Virus record (IMG/VR): IMGVR_UViG_3300040801_001445
Coordinates: 1-40,249 of that record
Strand: one strand, 5' to 3'
DNA from: a virus
DNA: 40,249 nucleotides
A program made the translations under genes and the position numbers. The notes under the pieces are model-generated. The model saw only the letters and a program-made list of their open reading frames with translations. It was not told where the DNA came from and made no database searches. Shown in pieces: positions 23,007 to 32,773 of this stretch (position 1 is the first letter of the stretch; each line of letters begins with the position of its first letter).

Positions 23007-25234
23007 CGGTCGCTAATCACCATGTCGAATACGATGCCGCGCAACGCAAACGGCAGGGGCTCTTCGCTGCGGACTTCCACCAGCGTCTCCTGTGCCCATT
23101 TGGATTCTGGAAGCGTCTTCTCGAACACGCGCGTGCGTGGCTCGATCTGCGCTCCCATCGGGTCGTCCGGCTTCCGCAGTTCCAGAAGGTCGAACGTGGA
23201 GCCGCCTTTCATGCCGACACGGCAGGCGATCGTGTTGTAGAGCAGCAGGTGTGCGCGCACCGCGCGCTGCCGGTGGCCTTGCGATGCGCCGGTGTTGGAG
23301 CCGGGGTCTGGCGTGACCGGCACCACGCGCGCCGTGTAGGGCAGGCCGACGACGACCACGTCCGGTTCGCCGTCCACGGTGATCTGCCCGCCGCTCACGA
23401 CGGCGGTGCCCTTGAACAGGCCGTCGGCGACGACCTGCACGGTCTCTCCTTCGAGGTGGTTCAAGCCCGTCACCGTAGTGATCGGGGAACCAGGCTCGAA
23501 GATCACAGCGCCGTCCACGAACGGCCAGCGCGCCTGGTCGTCGCCCTCGGTGAACGCGCGCTGCACGTACTCGACGGTGCGTTCGCCGGCGCCGTCCACG
23601 AGGCGGTACACGTTCATGTACAGGTCGTCCGACAGACCATCCGGCGCAGGGATCGACACGACCGATTCGACGAACGAGTCCGTGCCGCCGAGCGTCCACG
23701 ACGCCCAGGCGTAGACTTCTTCCAGCGGCTCGTAGGTCATGACCGCGGGCTTGCCCGTAGCCGGCAGAGCGACGTAGAGCGAATCGGGCGTCTGCGCGTA
23801 GGCGGCCTCGAACGCCCCGGACTCCAGAAGGTGGTCCGAGAAGATGGCGCGGTCCGGCGCGATGACCTGGCGCTGCAGGATGTCCTCGCTCATCTCGTAG
23901 ACGCGAGAGCCCGACCGACCCACGGTGAGCAGCGAGTTGTTTACACGCACTGGCAGGATGAAGTCTCGGCTGCCATGGAAGCCCGCGCTGTCCACTTTGA
24001 TGTTGCCAGGACCGAACGGGTCGAGCTGGTTCTGCTCGCCGAGCAGCTTCTCGCCGATGGCCGTGCCGATGATGAGGCGCACGAACGGCACCAGCCACTT
24101 GATCGGGTCCGTGCGGTCGTCGTCGATGGTGACGGTGATCGCCGTGGAGAAGTCGATCAGTCCGTCTTCGTTGTAGGGGTTGAAGTCGGTGAAGTCGCCG
24201 AGCACGGACGAGTAGAGCGTCTGCCCCTTCGAGAACCACACGCGCTGCTGGTAGAACGCCACGGCGTCGGGCCAGCCCTGCACCGTGCTCCACGCGCCCT
24301 CCGCCCAGAACTCCGTTGCGTCGTTGCTCTTGGCGCTGTCCGGGATGTCGCTGTCGCTAACTACGGTCGCGGTAGCGCTGGTGGCGCTGGCGACCGCGGT
24401 GATTTCCAGGATGGCGTACAGGCTGGAGCGGTACGTCCAGTTGACCGCGCCGTCGGACTGGCTGCCACGCGTGTGCTGCGGCGCGTTGGCGCCGGTGGTG
24501 CCGCTGCCGTCGGCCGAGTAGATTTTCCCGTCGCTGAGCACGCGGTCGCCAGCGCTCACGGCGGTGTTCCCCGTCCAGCTCCCGAGCCCGGACAGGTCGT
24601 CGGCAAGCACCAGGAAGAACGCGCCGACGTGCCCCGCCTCGAACACGGCGGTCGATGCCGTCACCGTGATGCCGCTTCCGGTCAGCGCGCTGAAGCTCAG
24701 CTCGGTGCCGTTGTCGTTGAGCGGAAGGAACGGTCCGTTCTTGAACGGGAACGCGTCGCGGTCGAAGGCAGTCGGACCGGTCTCGTTCAAACGCCGAATT
24801 CGCTGCGGAGCGAACGTCGGCTCGGTGATGTACATGGTGTCGCCGGACTGCGCCCACTTGAAGTTGTCCAGCTTCTTCGGAGTGACCCACGGGGCGCCGG
24901 CGCCGTAGACCGTGGGGCTTGCGCCGGTGCGCAGGAAATCTCGATCGTTCTGGTTGTAGATCGCGCGGAAGCTGCCGAACGTGCTGAAGTCGAGCACATA
25001 CGCCTGATCCTGGGACACCACGAACGGCACCAGCCGGTTCTCGCCGTTCTGCTTGCGCAGGGTGTCGATGAACACGGTGCCGCTGCGGCGGACGACGCCG
25101 CCCTGGCGCCGGACGATCATGTTCTCCAGGGTGTCGCAGGCGTTGACGTACCGCGCCAGGTCAGACCGGCGCCGCAGCCGGGGGCTCCACTCGCCTCCGG
25201 TGAAGTTGGTCTGATACAGGGAGCGGTACGCCAT
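23003..25234 (-). CDS. Tail tubular protein B (T7 gp12-like)
   Basis: ORF-track 23003..25234. At 743 aa it lies directly after the gp11-like gene region. Confidence 0.65.
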   Translation of the reverse strand: MAYRSLYQTNFTGGEWSPRLRRRSDLARYVNACDTLENMIVRRQGGVVRRSGTVFIDTLRKQNGENRLVPFVVSQDQAYVLDFSTFGSFRAIYNQNDRDFLRTGASPTVYGAGAPWVTPKKLDNFKWAQSGDTMYITEPTFAPQRIRRLNETGPTAFDRDAFPFKNGPFLPLNDNGTELSFSALTGSGITVTASTAVFEAGHVGAFFLVLADDLSGLGSWTGNTAVSAGDRVLSDGKIYSADGSGTTGANAPQHTRGSQSDGAVNWTYRSSLYAILEITAVASATSATATVVSDSDIPDSAKSNDATEFWAEGAWSTVQGWPDAVAFYQQRVWFSKGQTLYSSVLGDFTDFNPYNEDGLIDFSTAITVTIDDDRTDPIKWLVPFVRLIIGTAIGEKLLGEQNQLDPFGPGNIKVDSAGFHGSRDFILPVRVNNSLLTVGRSGSRVYEMSEDILQRQVIAPDRAIFSDHLLESGAFEAAYAQTPDSLYVALPATGKPAVMTYEPLEEVYAWASWTLGGTDSFVESVVSIPAPDGLSDDLYMNVYRLVDGAGERTVEYVQRAFTEGDDQARWPFVDGAVIFEPGSPITTVTGLNHLEGETVQVVADGLFKGTAVVSGGQITVDGEPDVVVVGLPYTARVVPVTPDPGSNTGASQGHRQRAVRAHLLLYNTIACRVGMKGGSTFDLLELRKPDDPMGAQIEPRTRVFEKTLPESKWAQETLVEVRSEEPLPFALRGIVFDMVISDR

Positions 25235-25291
25235 CGCTACTTCCTCAGTCCAGCCAGCCGAACAGCCATCGCAGCAGTCGCCCCCACCAGC

Positions 25292-25663
25292 TCACTCGAC
25301 GCGGAGGTTCGTCGGTGCCGGTAGGGGCACGCTGAAAGACACGCTGTTGCTCAGCACGGACTCGAACTCACCGTCCACGGTGGACAGAGCGCACGTCCAG
25401 TCGCCGGCGCCGAACGTGCCGCGAGTCGCCATCCACGAGCTGGTGCCGTCGCCGTTCGGTGCCCAGGCCGTTTCCACGATCTGGTTGCCGGAGACCGGCG
25501 TGACCGGCGCGCTCTGCGTGCAGTAGAGGCGGTAGGTGTACTGCTCGGGCGCATCGGTGTCCGGCATGCCCCAGGTGAAACGGGGCTCCCACGGCAGGTC
25601 GGCCAGCGCCACGGGCGCAAGGCCCGAGAGCAGGGCGAGCAGGATCAGGGCGGGTAGGTGCAT
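25292..25663 (-). CDS. Secreted beta-sandwich (FN3/Ig-like) protein with a cleavable signal peptide, 123 aa
   Basis: Tail of ORF-track 25292..26089 from MHLPALILLALLSGLAPVALA-DLPWEP. A GGAGG SD lies upstream. Confidence 0.6.
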   Translation of the reverse strand: MHLPALILLALLSGLAPVALADLPWEPRFTWGMPDTDAPEQYTYRLYCTQSAPVTPVSGNQIVETAWAPNGDGTSSWMATRGTFGAGDWTCALSTVDGEFESVLSNSVSFSVPLPAPTNLRVE

Positions 25664-25676
25664 GGTGCCTCCAGGG

Positions 25677-26264
25677 TCAGTAGGGGATGCCGTAGTCGCG
25701 AGAGCGTTGAAACACGTCGATGTCCAGTTCGCGGGTGCTCTCGCCTTCCATCGCGTCCTGGTGCCGCGCTTCGCGCAGGTAGTTCTTGTAGACGCGCCAC
25801 AGCTCCTCGCGGAGCGAACGGTCGCCGGTGACGCGGTAGGCGCAGGTGTGCGCGAGCTTGGCGGCGAACGCATCCACGGCCAGCGAGTCCCACACCCCCA
25901 GGTTCGTGATGTCCGCCACGTAGATGATCTGGATGGGCGCGCCGTAGTCGGAGAGCAGGTAGTCGCCCTCCTTCGCCCACGCCACTTCGCGTGGGTAGAA
26001 CGCGCGCAGGTTGATGTAGTCGCCCGGCAGCCGGTAGCGCACGGCCCAATCAAACTTCGGCGGCGTCGGGTCGGCGGCCAGCTCGGCACGCTGGATGGCG
26101 AAGTTCCAGTAGTGCGCTCGCAGCACGGCGCGGCGCTGCAAGTCCCACACTGCGTTCAGTGCGCGCGCCGCCTCGTCGTCGTCGGTGAGCGACGTGAGCG
26201 ACGCCCCCTGCCCCATGAGCGTGATCGCGGTGTTCGCGACTTCGATGTCGCTGGTTCCGGCCAT
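25677..26264 (-). CDS. Tail tubular protein A (T7 gp11-like)
   Basis: ORF-track 25677..26264. Its 195 aa compare with 196 aa for T7 gp11, and it lies between the capsid genes and gp12-like. A GGAGG SD lies upstream. Confidence 0.65.
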   Translation of the reverse strand: MAGTSDIEVANTAITLMGQGASLTSLTDDDEAARALNAVWDLQRRAVLRAHYWNFAIQRAELAADPTPPKFDWAVRYRLPGDYINLRAFYPREVAWAKEGDYLLSDYGAPIQIIYVADITNLGVWDSLAVDAFAAKLAHTCAYRVTGDRSLREELWRVYKNYLREARHQDAMEGESTRELDIDVFQRSRDYGIPY

Positions 26265-26282
26265 GGCAGCGGCGGCCTCCTA

Positions 26283-26321
26283 TGCGAAAGCGCCCCGGCC
26301 CGCTTGCGCGAGACGGGGCGC
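26283..26321 (-). terminator. Intrinsic terminator after the capsid/decoration genes
   Basis: On the minus strand: GCGCCCCG-N16-CGGGGCGC followed by TTTCGCA. It lies between the stop at 26351 and the start at 26264. Confidence 0.55.
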
Positions 26322-26350
26322 CAATGGTGGCGTGTAAACGCCCCGGCCGA

Positions 26351-26842
26351 TCAGTCGATCATGTACTGGAGCTGCCATCCCACGACCGCATCGTCCGTGG
26401 GGTTGGCGTCGAGCAGCGAGGCGTACACCTCGATTTCCGGCATGATCGCCGGCTCGGCGGACAGGTCGGTGTACTCCCACAGCTTCTTGTCGAAGTCGGT
26501 GGGGGCGTTGACCACCCGCGCCTGCCCCGCGGACGACACGTCGATGCCGGCCTGGATGGCGTCGGGATCGGTCGCGAAGGCCGAGCCCGTCACCGGGCGG
26601 ACACCGATGTCCATGGTCACGGACGCGCCGAGCGCTTCCCAGCGCACGAGGCTGTCGGCGCCCAGCACTGCGTCGCCCGGCAGCCGGGCGAGCAGGATGG
26701 TGTCGTTCTCCGCCCACGCGAAGGTGTCGGGCGTGCGGTCCTGGATGGCGCGGATGCGCGCGCCGTTGAACGACACGTCTGCGAGGCTCTGGACCGCTGC
26801 GTCGAGCAGGCCGGTCGTCTTGCTTCCGGTAGCTTCCGGCAT
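26351..26842 (-). CDS. Hypothetical virion protein, 163 aa, a possible capsid decoration or cement protein
   Basis: ORF-track 26351..26842. It lies immediately downstream of the capsid gene, with an AGGAGA SD. Confidence 0.45.
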   Translation of the reverse strand: MPEATGSKTTGLLDAAVQSLADVSFNGARIRAIQDRTPDTFAWAENDTILLARLPGDAVLGADSLVRWEALGASVTMDIGVRPVTGSAFATDPDAIQAGIDVSSAGQARVVNAPTDFDKKLWEYTDLSAEPAIMPEIEVYASLLDANPTDDAVVGWQLQYMID

Positions 26843-26874
26843 GGCTTCGTTCTCCTACTCAGTGAGTCAGCGGA

Positions 26875-27768
26875 TCAGGGCTCGTCGCAGACGATCTCGA
26901 CGACCTTGTCCTCCTGCATGCGGGTCGCCCCGATGCTCATGGCGAAGTACGCGTACTGCGAGAACCGCTTGTCCGGGCGCGGGGCGATCTGCGCGCGGAT
27001 GTCCTGGCCGATGCCGAGCTTGATGCCGCTCTTCGCCCAGGCGATGACCCGGCGGTGGCTGGAGCCGTTCACGAGCAGGCGTTCCAGGCGCTTGAACCGG
27101 AAGCCCATGAAGGTGTCGATGCGGCCTTCGACCAGCGCCTTCACGCTGTTGAAGTCCTGGCTCGTGGCTTCCGTGGTCTGGAGCAGGTCGCCGAGCTGCT
27201 GTGCAGTCACGGCGATGTAGCGCTCCTCGTCCGGGTCCACGTCCGCGGAGTCGAGCAGCACCTTCGCCTCGATCAGCTTGGAGATGGTGAGGCCGGAGTC
27301 GCCGGTGCCCGTGCCGAACGCCCACGAGTTGACGGCGACCTGCTGGCCGGCCGGGAAGCTGATCTGCGTCGATCCATCCTCGCCGGCGTAGGCGGTGCCG
27401 AAGGCGGCGTTGATGATCTCGTCGTCGATCCCGCGACCCATGGCCCAGGCGTGCGCCTGCGCGTAGGACGAGGTGGGGTCGATCAGCGTCTTCAGGCGAT
27501 CGAGGTCGTCGATCAGGTCGCCGGTCTCGTAGTCGTGCATGGCGACGCGGCGACGCGCGTGGGGCGTGCTGTTCAGCGGCGAGTCGCCGTGCCGCTGCGT
27601 GACCTTGCGAGCGGCGACGGCGCCGATCTGGTCGAAGTAGGCGGTCTTGCCGCGGATGCCGGTCTCCAGCGCCACGCAATCGCGAAGGCGAGAGCCCTTC
27701 TGCTGGACGAGGAACTCGACGTTGGAGCCGTACTGCTCGACGAACGCCGTGGTGATTTCGAAGCTCAT
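26875..27768 (-). CDS. Major capsid protein
   Basis: ORF-track 26875..27768. At 297 aa it lies directly after the scaffold and portal genes and has a long 5' untranslated leader of 157 nt. Confidence 0.75.
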   Translation of the reverse strand: MSFEITTAFVEQYGSNVEFLVQQKGSRLRDCVALETGIRGKTAYFDQIGAVAARKVTQRHGDSPLNSTPHARRRVAMHDYETGDLIDDLDRLKTLIDPTSSYAQAHAWAMGRGIDDEIINAAFGTAYAGEDGSTQISFPAGQQVAVNSWAFGTGTGDSGLTISKLIEAKVLLDSADVDPDEERYIAVTAQQLGDLLQTTEATSQDFNSVKALVEGRIDTFMGFRFKRLERLLVNGSSHRRVIAWAKSGIKLGIGQDIRAQIAPRPDKRFSQYAYFAMSIGATRMQEDKVVEIVCDEP

Positions 27769-27925
27769 GGAGGGGTACTCCCTATGCAGCTCAGACGGTT
27801 AAACCCAAGCGGCACGGGCTACCCACTCGCATGGACCCAGCCTTCGCTCTCTCGGTGCGCACCGGGCGGTCTTCCCCGCCTGCCACCGGACCGTTTACAC
27901 GGCTGCCCGGATTTCTGCGCGGAAA

Positions 27926-28111
27926 TTACCCCCCTTCGATGAACTCTGCAACTGCCTGCACGGCGACCTGCCAGTCCCGGTAGCCGTGGTTCGCGCACCA
28001 CGCGGGGTGATCCATGACCAGGCGCATTGCCTCCAGCCGGATCTGCTGGCGCTGCGTCAGGGACACCGGGGGCCGGCCGGCCCCCGTGCCTCGTGCGTTC
28101 GACTGGCTCAT
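27926..28111 (-). CDS. Hypothetical protein, 61 aa
   Basis: ORF-track 27926..28111, with an ATGA overlap to the scaffold gene. Confidence 0.5.
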   Translation of the reverse strand: MSQSNARGTGAGRPPVSLTQRQQIRLEAMRLVMDHPAWCANHGYRDWQVAVQAVAEFIEGG

Positions 28112-29106
28112 CGCGCGCCCTCCTTGGCGGGATAGGCGGCCTGGAACAGGCGGCTCATCTCGTCCACGGCAGCCTGGTGGCCGGGGTCATGCTCGTTCGT
28201 CCAGCGCTTCACGAACGTGGCGTCGCCCTTCAGCTCCGCGATGCGCTCGCGCGCAGCCTCCGGCGTCAGACGGCCCGTGCCGCCGGGGCGCCCGCCCGAC
28301 GGAAGGCCGGGCTCCTGAAGCGTCCCGCCCAGCTCGGCGAGCATGCGGATCAGCATGGGGTCGTTCTCCAGGCCGTTCCGCTCCATCCATTCCTTGAACT
28401 CGTCGCCCTTCTTGTCGGCCACCTGCTGCGCGAGTTGTAGCTTCTCGTCGAACGCCTGGCCCCAATCCTGTTTCAACGCCTGCTCGGCGGCGTCGAACTT
28501 CTGCTGGTGCGCTTCGGAGACGCCTTTCCACGCCTGCACTTCCAGGTCGTTCAGCGTCGAGATGATCGATTCGGCCTGGCGCTTCGTGAACCCTTCCCGG
28601 TGGAAGATGTCGCGGAAGTGCTGGATCCGCTCCTCGCTCATGGGCGGCATGTCCTCGGGCCGCTCCAGACCCGCGGGAAGTCCGTACTCCTCGGGCTTCT
28701 CGGGCGCACCGATTTCCCGGAAGAACGCCTGGCGCTCGGCGTCGGTCGCGTTCTCGCCGAGGCGGCGGATGAAATTCTTGGGGTTGCCGACCATCTGCTG
28801 CGCCGACCGCAGCATGCGCGCCATGCTGTCGATGTCGGTGATGTTGCCGATGGTGGGGTCGGCCTTCAGGTCGTCGTCGGACAGCAGCTCCACGGGCTTC
28901 GTGGAGCGGAGCTGCTCCAGCGTGTAGGTGGTGGGCGCACCCCCCGCGGGCGCGCCGCCTTCACCACCGTCACCCTTACCGGGCTCGCCCCCTGCCGGGG
29001 CGCCAGCGCCTGCGCCAGGGTCGCCCCCGTCGCCGCCGGCCTCACTACTGAACAGGCCACTCCAGGCTGGATTCTCCATCGTCCCTGCTCCTGCGATCCT
29101 GGGCAT
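28108..29106 (-). CDS. Scaffolding protein
   Basis: ORF-track 28108..29106. It is acidic and helical with a Gly/Asp/Pro-rich N-terminus and lies between the portal and capsid genes. An alternative ATG at 29079 (MENPAW) has an AGGAG SD. Confidence 0.65.
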   Translation of the reverse strand: MPRIAGAGTMENPAWSGLFSSEAGGDGGDPGAGAGAPAGGEPGKGDGGEGGAPAGGAPTTYTLEQLRSTKPVELLSDDDLKADPTIGNITDIDSMARMLRSAQQMVGNPKNFIRRLGENATDAERQAFFREIGAPEKPEEYGLPAGLERPEDMPPMSEERIQHFRDIFHREGFTKRQAESIISTLNDLEVQAWKGVSEAHQQKFDAAEQALKQDWGQAFDEKLQLAQQVADKKGDEFKEWMERNGLENDPMLIRMLAELGGTLQEPGLPSGGRPGGTGRLTPEAARERIAELKGDATFVKRWTNEHDPGHQAAVDEMSRLFQAAYPAKEGAR

Positions 29107-29386
29107 GTCGGATCATCTCCTCCATCTGAATGAACACCTCGTCCACGGGCGTCTCCCGCCGGGCGAGGATGTGGAGCACCAGCGAACGCCGGCCCTCCTT
29201 CTGTGCGGCGCGAAGCGCCACGGCCATGCCGTCGTTCAGGTGGGTCGGTTCTGCGAACGACGGCGAGATGAAGCCGGCCTCACGCATCAGGTCGCGCAAG
29301 ACCAGCTCCCCCTGTTCCCCGCTGAACACGTCGCGGTACGCCTGCAGCAGCTTGGCGCGCTGCCGTTGGTGCTCCAGCTCATCCAC
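29045..29386 (-). CDS. Hypothetical protein, 113 aa
   Basis: ORF-track 29045..29386. It overlaps the end of the portal gene by 8 nt. Confidence 0.6.
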   Translation of the reverse strand: MDELEHQRQRAKLLQAYRDVFSGEQGELVLRDLMREAGFISPSFAEPTHLNDGMAVALRAAQKEGRRSLVLHILARRETPVDEVFIQMEEMIRHAQDRRSRDDGESSLEWPVQ

Positions 29387-31010
29387 CTTGGAGCACTGCC
29401 TGCGCCTGCGCCGCGTCCTTCACGGCTCGCGCGGTGCCCTGGCTGGCCTCGATTCCCGCGGCCTGGGCCTGTGCCTGCGCGCGCTCCTGCCGGCGGCGGG
29501 CCACCTCGGAAGGCGCACGCATGATGACCGGGGGCACGTTGACCAGCTCGTTGCCGAGAAGCTGCGCCAGCTCATCCGTGTCGATGTTCTCCAGCACGGT
29601 GGGGTCCGACTCCGCGAACGGCGCGATCGTGTTCACGAAGCGCACGATGTCCTCCACCTCGCCGCTGCGCTGCGCACGCGAGATGGCGGACTGGTAGCCG
29701 ATTTCGATGGTGGTGCCGTCGAGCGCGTCGGGCGGCTCGGGCAGCAGGCCGCGGCGCATGGCGCTCTGGAACGTGCGCTGGATGACCGGATCCAGCAGCT
29801 CGGGCTCCAGGCGCGAGAACAGCGGTGCCACGCGCATCAGCTTGTCCTGGCGGCGCTCCATGGTGAACGTGGCCTTCACGTTTACACCCGTGGAGTCCGC
29901 CGTGATGTCGAACACGTCGTTGTAGAACGCCTTGCGAATCAGCTCGCGCTCGGCTTCGAGCACGCTGTCCGAGATGTCCGGGCGCGCGCCGGTCTGGATG
30001 GGCTCGATGCGGCCCTCGTCGCCGGCGCGGTAGTAGTTGATGCCGCCGGGGAACGTGCGCACCGGCCCGAGAAACGAGTCGTCCGGCATTTGCAGCGGAG
30101 GGTCGATGGCCTTTTGCGCGGCGCGGATGTACACCTCCCACATGCGCTGCATCATGCGGATGGTCGGCAGCATGCGGATCCCGATTCCGACGCCGTAGGT
30201 CTCGCCCGTGCGCACGGACAGCCGCGGGGTGGCGTAGGGGAACTCGTTGTAGCCCTCCTCGCGCAGCACATGGCCGCCGTCGCAGTCGATCACCCACACC
30301 GAAGCGAACGGCCGGTTCGATGCGTCGAGCATGCCATGTAAACGCTCGCGCCGCGGGAACACCGCATGCACGACGGTGTACTCTTTCTTGCCCTCCTCGG
30401 CGCCGTCGCGCACGTAGCGCTGCTGGATCGAAGCGGGCAGCGACGCAAAGCCGAACTCCTCGATGAGAAAGCTGCACTTCCACTTCGACTCGCGCATCAC
30501 CGTGTCGATGACGCCGGCCGCGTTCTCCATGGCGACGATTTCGCCGAGGAAGCGGGACTGGAACGCCATGCCGCCAGGACGCTCGCCCATGTAGAGGCAC
30601 GCGGTCCCGAGCCCGCCCAGGTCCGCGTAGGTCATGTGCAGCGCCGGGTGGAAGTTGCTCTGCGGCTCGTTGAGCATCCGGTACAGCTCGTTGTGCACCT
30701 CGTAGAGCCAGAGCTTCACCTGCCGGTTCTCGCGCAGGTCGCGGTCGCGAGGCGCCATGTGGAACCACCGCGACTGGCGCGGCGTCAGGTTCGCGTGGAC
30801 GCCGCCGGCGAACACGTCGTTGGCTTCTTCGGCCGTGCTGTCGTAGATGCGGCGCCGGCGAAGCGAGCCCTTCTGCCACGTCGTCGTGAAGGTGGCGCGG
30901 TTCGGCATCACCAGCTCGGAGACTTCCTGCCAGGTGTCCGCCCACAGGGATCGCTCCTCCTGACCTGCCTTGAACTGCTGGAGCACCCTGGCTCCGACCG
31001 TCATGTCCAT
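29379..31010 (-). CDS. Portal (head-to-tail connector) protein
   Basis: ORF-track 29379..31010. Its 543 aa compare with 536 aa for T7 gp8, and it lies between TerL and the scaffold gene. Confidence 0.8.
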   Translation of the reverse strand: MDMTVGARVLQQFKAGQEERSLWADTWQEVSELVMPNRATFTTTWQKGSLRRRRIYDSTAEEANDVFAGGVHANLTPRQSRWFHMAPRDRDLRENRQVKLWLYEVHNELYRMLNEPQSNFHPALHMTYADLGGLGTACLYMGERPGGMAFQSRFLGEIVAMENAAGVIDTVMRESKWKCSFLIEEFGFASLPASIQQRYVRDGAEEGKKEYTVVHAVFPRRERLHGMLDASNRPFASVWVIDCDGGHVLREEGYNEFPYATPRLSVRTGETYGVGIGIRMLPTIRMMQRMWEVYIRAAQKAIDPPLQMPDDSFLGPVRTFPGGINYYRAGDEGRIEPIQTGARPDISDSVLEAERELIRKAFYNDVFDITADSTGVNVKATFTMERRQDKLMRVAPLFSRLEPELLDPVIQRTFQSAMRRGLLPEPPDALDGTTIEIGYQSAISRAQRSGEVEDIVRFVNTIAPFAESDPTVLENIDTDELAQLLGNELVNVPPVIMRAPSEVARRRQERAQAQAQAAGIEASQGTARAVKDAAQAQAVLQGG

Positions 31011-31013
31011 GGC

Positions 31014-31316
31014 TCAGCCCCCGCTGCCGATAGTCGTGCCGCCGCGGGGACGCATGCCCGTGTTGCCGGCGTTCCTGCGCTCCGTGAGGATGAGCGACCG
31101 GCGACCTTGGCGGCCGGCCTGGCGGCGCAGCAGGTCGCGCCTTCGTTGAACGCCCGAGATGCCCGGCGTGGGCACCGGATCCGGCTGCGGAATCGTCGGC
31201 GCGTCCGGGAACAGAAGGTCGCCGGCGGCGCGGATCGGAGTCGTGGCGAAGTCGAACAGCGCCGTGGTCGTGTCCTGCACGAAGTCCCACGCGTCGCTCA
31301 GGAATCCAATTGCCAT
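31014..31316 (-). CDS. Hypothetical protein, 100 aa
   Basis: ORF-track 31014..31316, between TerL and the portal gene. Confidence 0.55.
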   Translation of the reverse strand: MAIGFLSDAWDFVQDTTTALFDFATTPIRAAGDLLFPDAPTIPQPDPVPTPGISGVQRRRDLLRRQAGRQGRRSLILTERRNAGNTGMRPRGGTTIGSGG

Positions 31317-31317
31317 G

Positions 31318-32763
31318 TCAGTACCCTCCGAAAGGGTCGTACTCAGAGATGGCCCGGTCCATCTGCGGAGACCGGAACGTGCCGCGGTCGGGGATTCCCT
31401 CCAGCGGGTTGTAGTCGCTCTCCGCTACAGGCGGGCGGACGACACTGCGAGGGTCCACGTCGGGCTCCTTCATGACGCCCTGACGGAAGGCGTCCGCGGG
31501 GTGGCTCGCCCAATCGTGGACGGGCTTCTCCTCGAACGTCTGCTTGTCCTCGTTCCACTCCCGGTGGTACTCCAGGAGCGCGTCGATCAGGCGCTCGCAC
31601 TTCACGGTGTCGAACACGCAATGGTACTTGCGCAGGTAGCGTCGCACCTGCGAGATGCCGTCGTCTACGAAGTGTCGTTTACACACGTCGAAGCGGATGC
31701 CCAGGCGCAGCGCCTCGTCGATGCGGCGCTTCTTCGTCACGTAGTCGCGCACCTTCAGATCCCACGGGCCGATGTGGTTCGAGTAGATGTACGGCTTCTC
31801 GTTGACCTTCTTGATCCAGTAGTCCAGCGACCCGTTCGGCTCCATCATGAAGTCGATGAACCGGCGCTCGTTCATGTGCTTCTGCACGAAGATGATGGCC
31901 GTGGCGTCGAACCCGATGTCCCACCACGTTTCAACGGGCAGGTCGGGGTCGTAGGGCACCCGTTCCATGCGCCCGTCCTTGCGTAGATCGCGGATGATGT
32001 CGCCGTAGTAGGCGCCGTGCAGCGGCGCGTCGAAGCTGTTGTAGAACTCCTGCTGGATGTGCTCCTCGCTGACGCCGCGCTCGCGCTCCTCGTCGATCAT
32101 GGCGGGCGTGACCACGGGCACCATGACGCCGTTCGGGTCGCGCTTCTTGGTCACGTCGATGGTGAGGTTCTCGGCCATCCACCGGCCAGGGTGCTCGGCC
32201 ATCATGCGCTGCGCCGTCTGGTAGAGCTGGTAGCCGTGGTTGCGCCCCCGCGCCGTGTAGATGAACACGGCCCATCCGTCGTTTTCCGCGAGGATCGGCG
32301 CGAGGTAGTCCCACGCTGCGGGGTTCTGGATCGAATACTCCGAGAAGACGATGCCGCGAGGGTTCGGGCCCACGAGCGCGGACGGGTCGTCGGTGCCGAG
32401 CACCTGCCAGATGGAGCCGTTCACCAGCTCGATCAGCATGTCGTCGTCGCGCTCGCGACGGATCAGGTCGCGCGGGAACATATCCCGGTAGCGGTGCGAC
32501 TTGCTCGGGTTGAACGTGTCCACGGTCATGCCGTTCCACACGAACTTCCGGGCTTGCTTCAGCATCGGGCCGATGTGCCAGTAGATGCCTGGATTCTTCA
32601 CCGCCTCCTTCGCGGTCCACGCCAGGGCGGACAGGTCTTTCCCCGCGCGTCGATGCCACAGGCCGACGTACCGTTTCCCGCCGTTCTCCATGAACGACTG
32701 GAACGGGATCTGATACTCACGCGGCGTGTAAACGCGCGGGTCTGGAACCTGAATCACCGCCAC
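31318..32763 (-). CDS. terL: Terminase large subunit
   Basis: ORF-track 31318..32763. A Walker A-like motif (LWHRRAGKD) and a Walker B-like motif (GIVFSEY) are present, and the C-terminal half is nuclease-type. Confidence 0.85.
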   Translation of the reverse strand: MAVIQVPDPRVYTPREYQIPFQSFMENGGKRYVGLWHRRAGKDLSALAWTAKEAVKNPGIYWHIGPMLKQARKFVWNGMTVDTFNPSKSHRYRDMFPRDLIRRERDDDMLIELVNGSIWQVLGTDDPSALVGPNPRGIVFSEYSIQNPAAWDYLAPILAENDGWAVFIYTARGRNHGYQLYQTAQRMMAEHPGRWMAENLTIDVTKKRDPNGVMVPVVTPAMIDEERERGVSEEHIQQEFYNSFDAPLHGAYYGDIIRDLRKDGRMERVPYDPDLPVETWWDIGFDATAIIFVQKHMNERRFIDFMMEPNGSLDYWIKKVNEKPYIYSNHIGPWDLKVRDYVTKKRRIDEALRLGIRFDVCKRHFVDDGISQVRRYLRKYHCVFDTVKCERLIDALLEYHREWNEDKQTFEEKPVHDWASHPADAFRQGVMKEPDVDPRSVVRPPVAESDYNPLEGIPDRGTFRSPQMDRAISEYDPFGGY

Positions 32764-32773
32764 GGCGAGGCGC

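Noticed and set aside
23249-25324. A 691-aa plus-strand ORF, and similarly 18851..20479 (542 aa), 29130..30341, 30366..31475 and 25536..27023
   Set aside because: All are antisense or frame-shifted shadows of well-supported minus-strand structural genes. Their composition is Arg/Ala/Gly/His-rich and they lack start contexts.
30301-30330. A tRNA-like T-arm resemblance (GGTTCGATGCG) and a general scan for tRNA genes
   Set aside because: It lies inside the portal gene with no acceptor or anticodon arms. I found no convincing cloverleaf candidate in either noncoding region.
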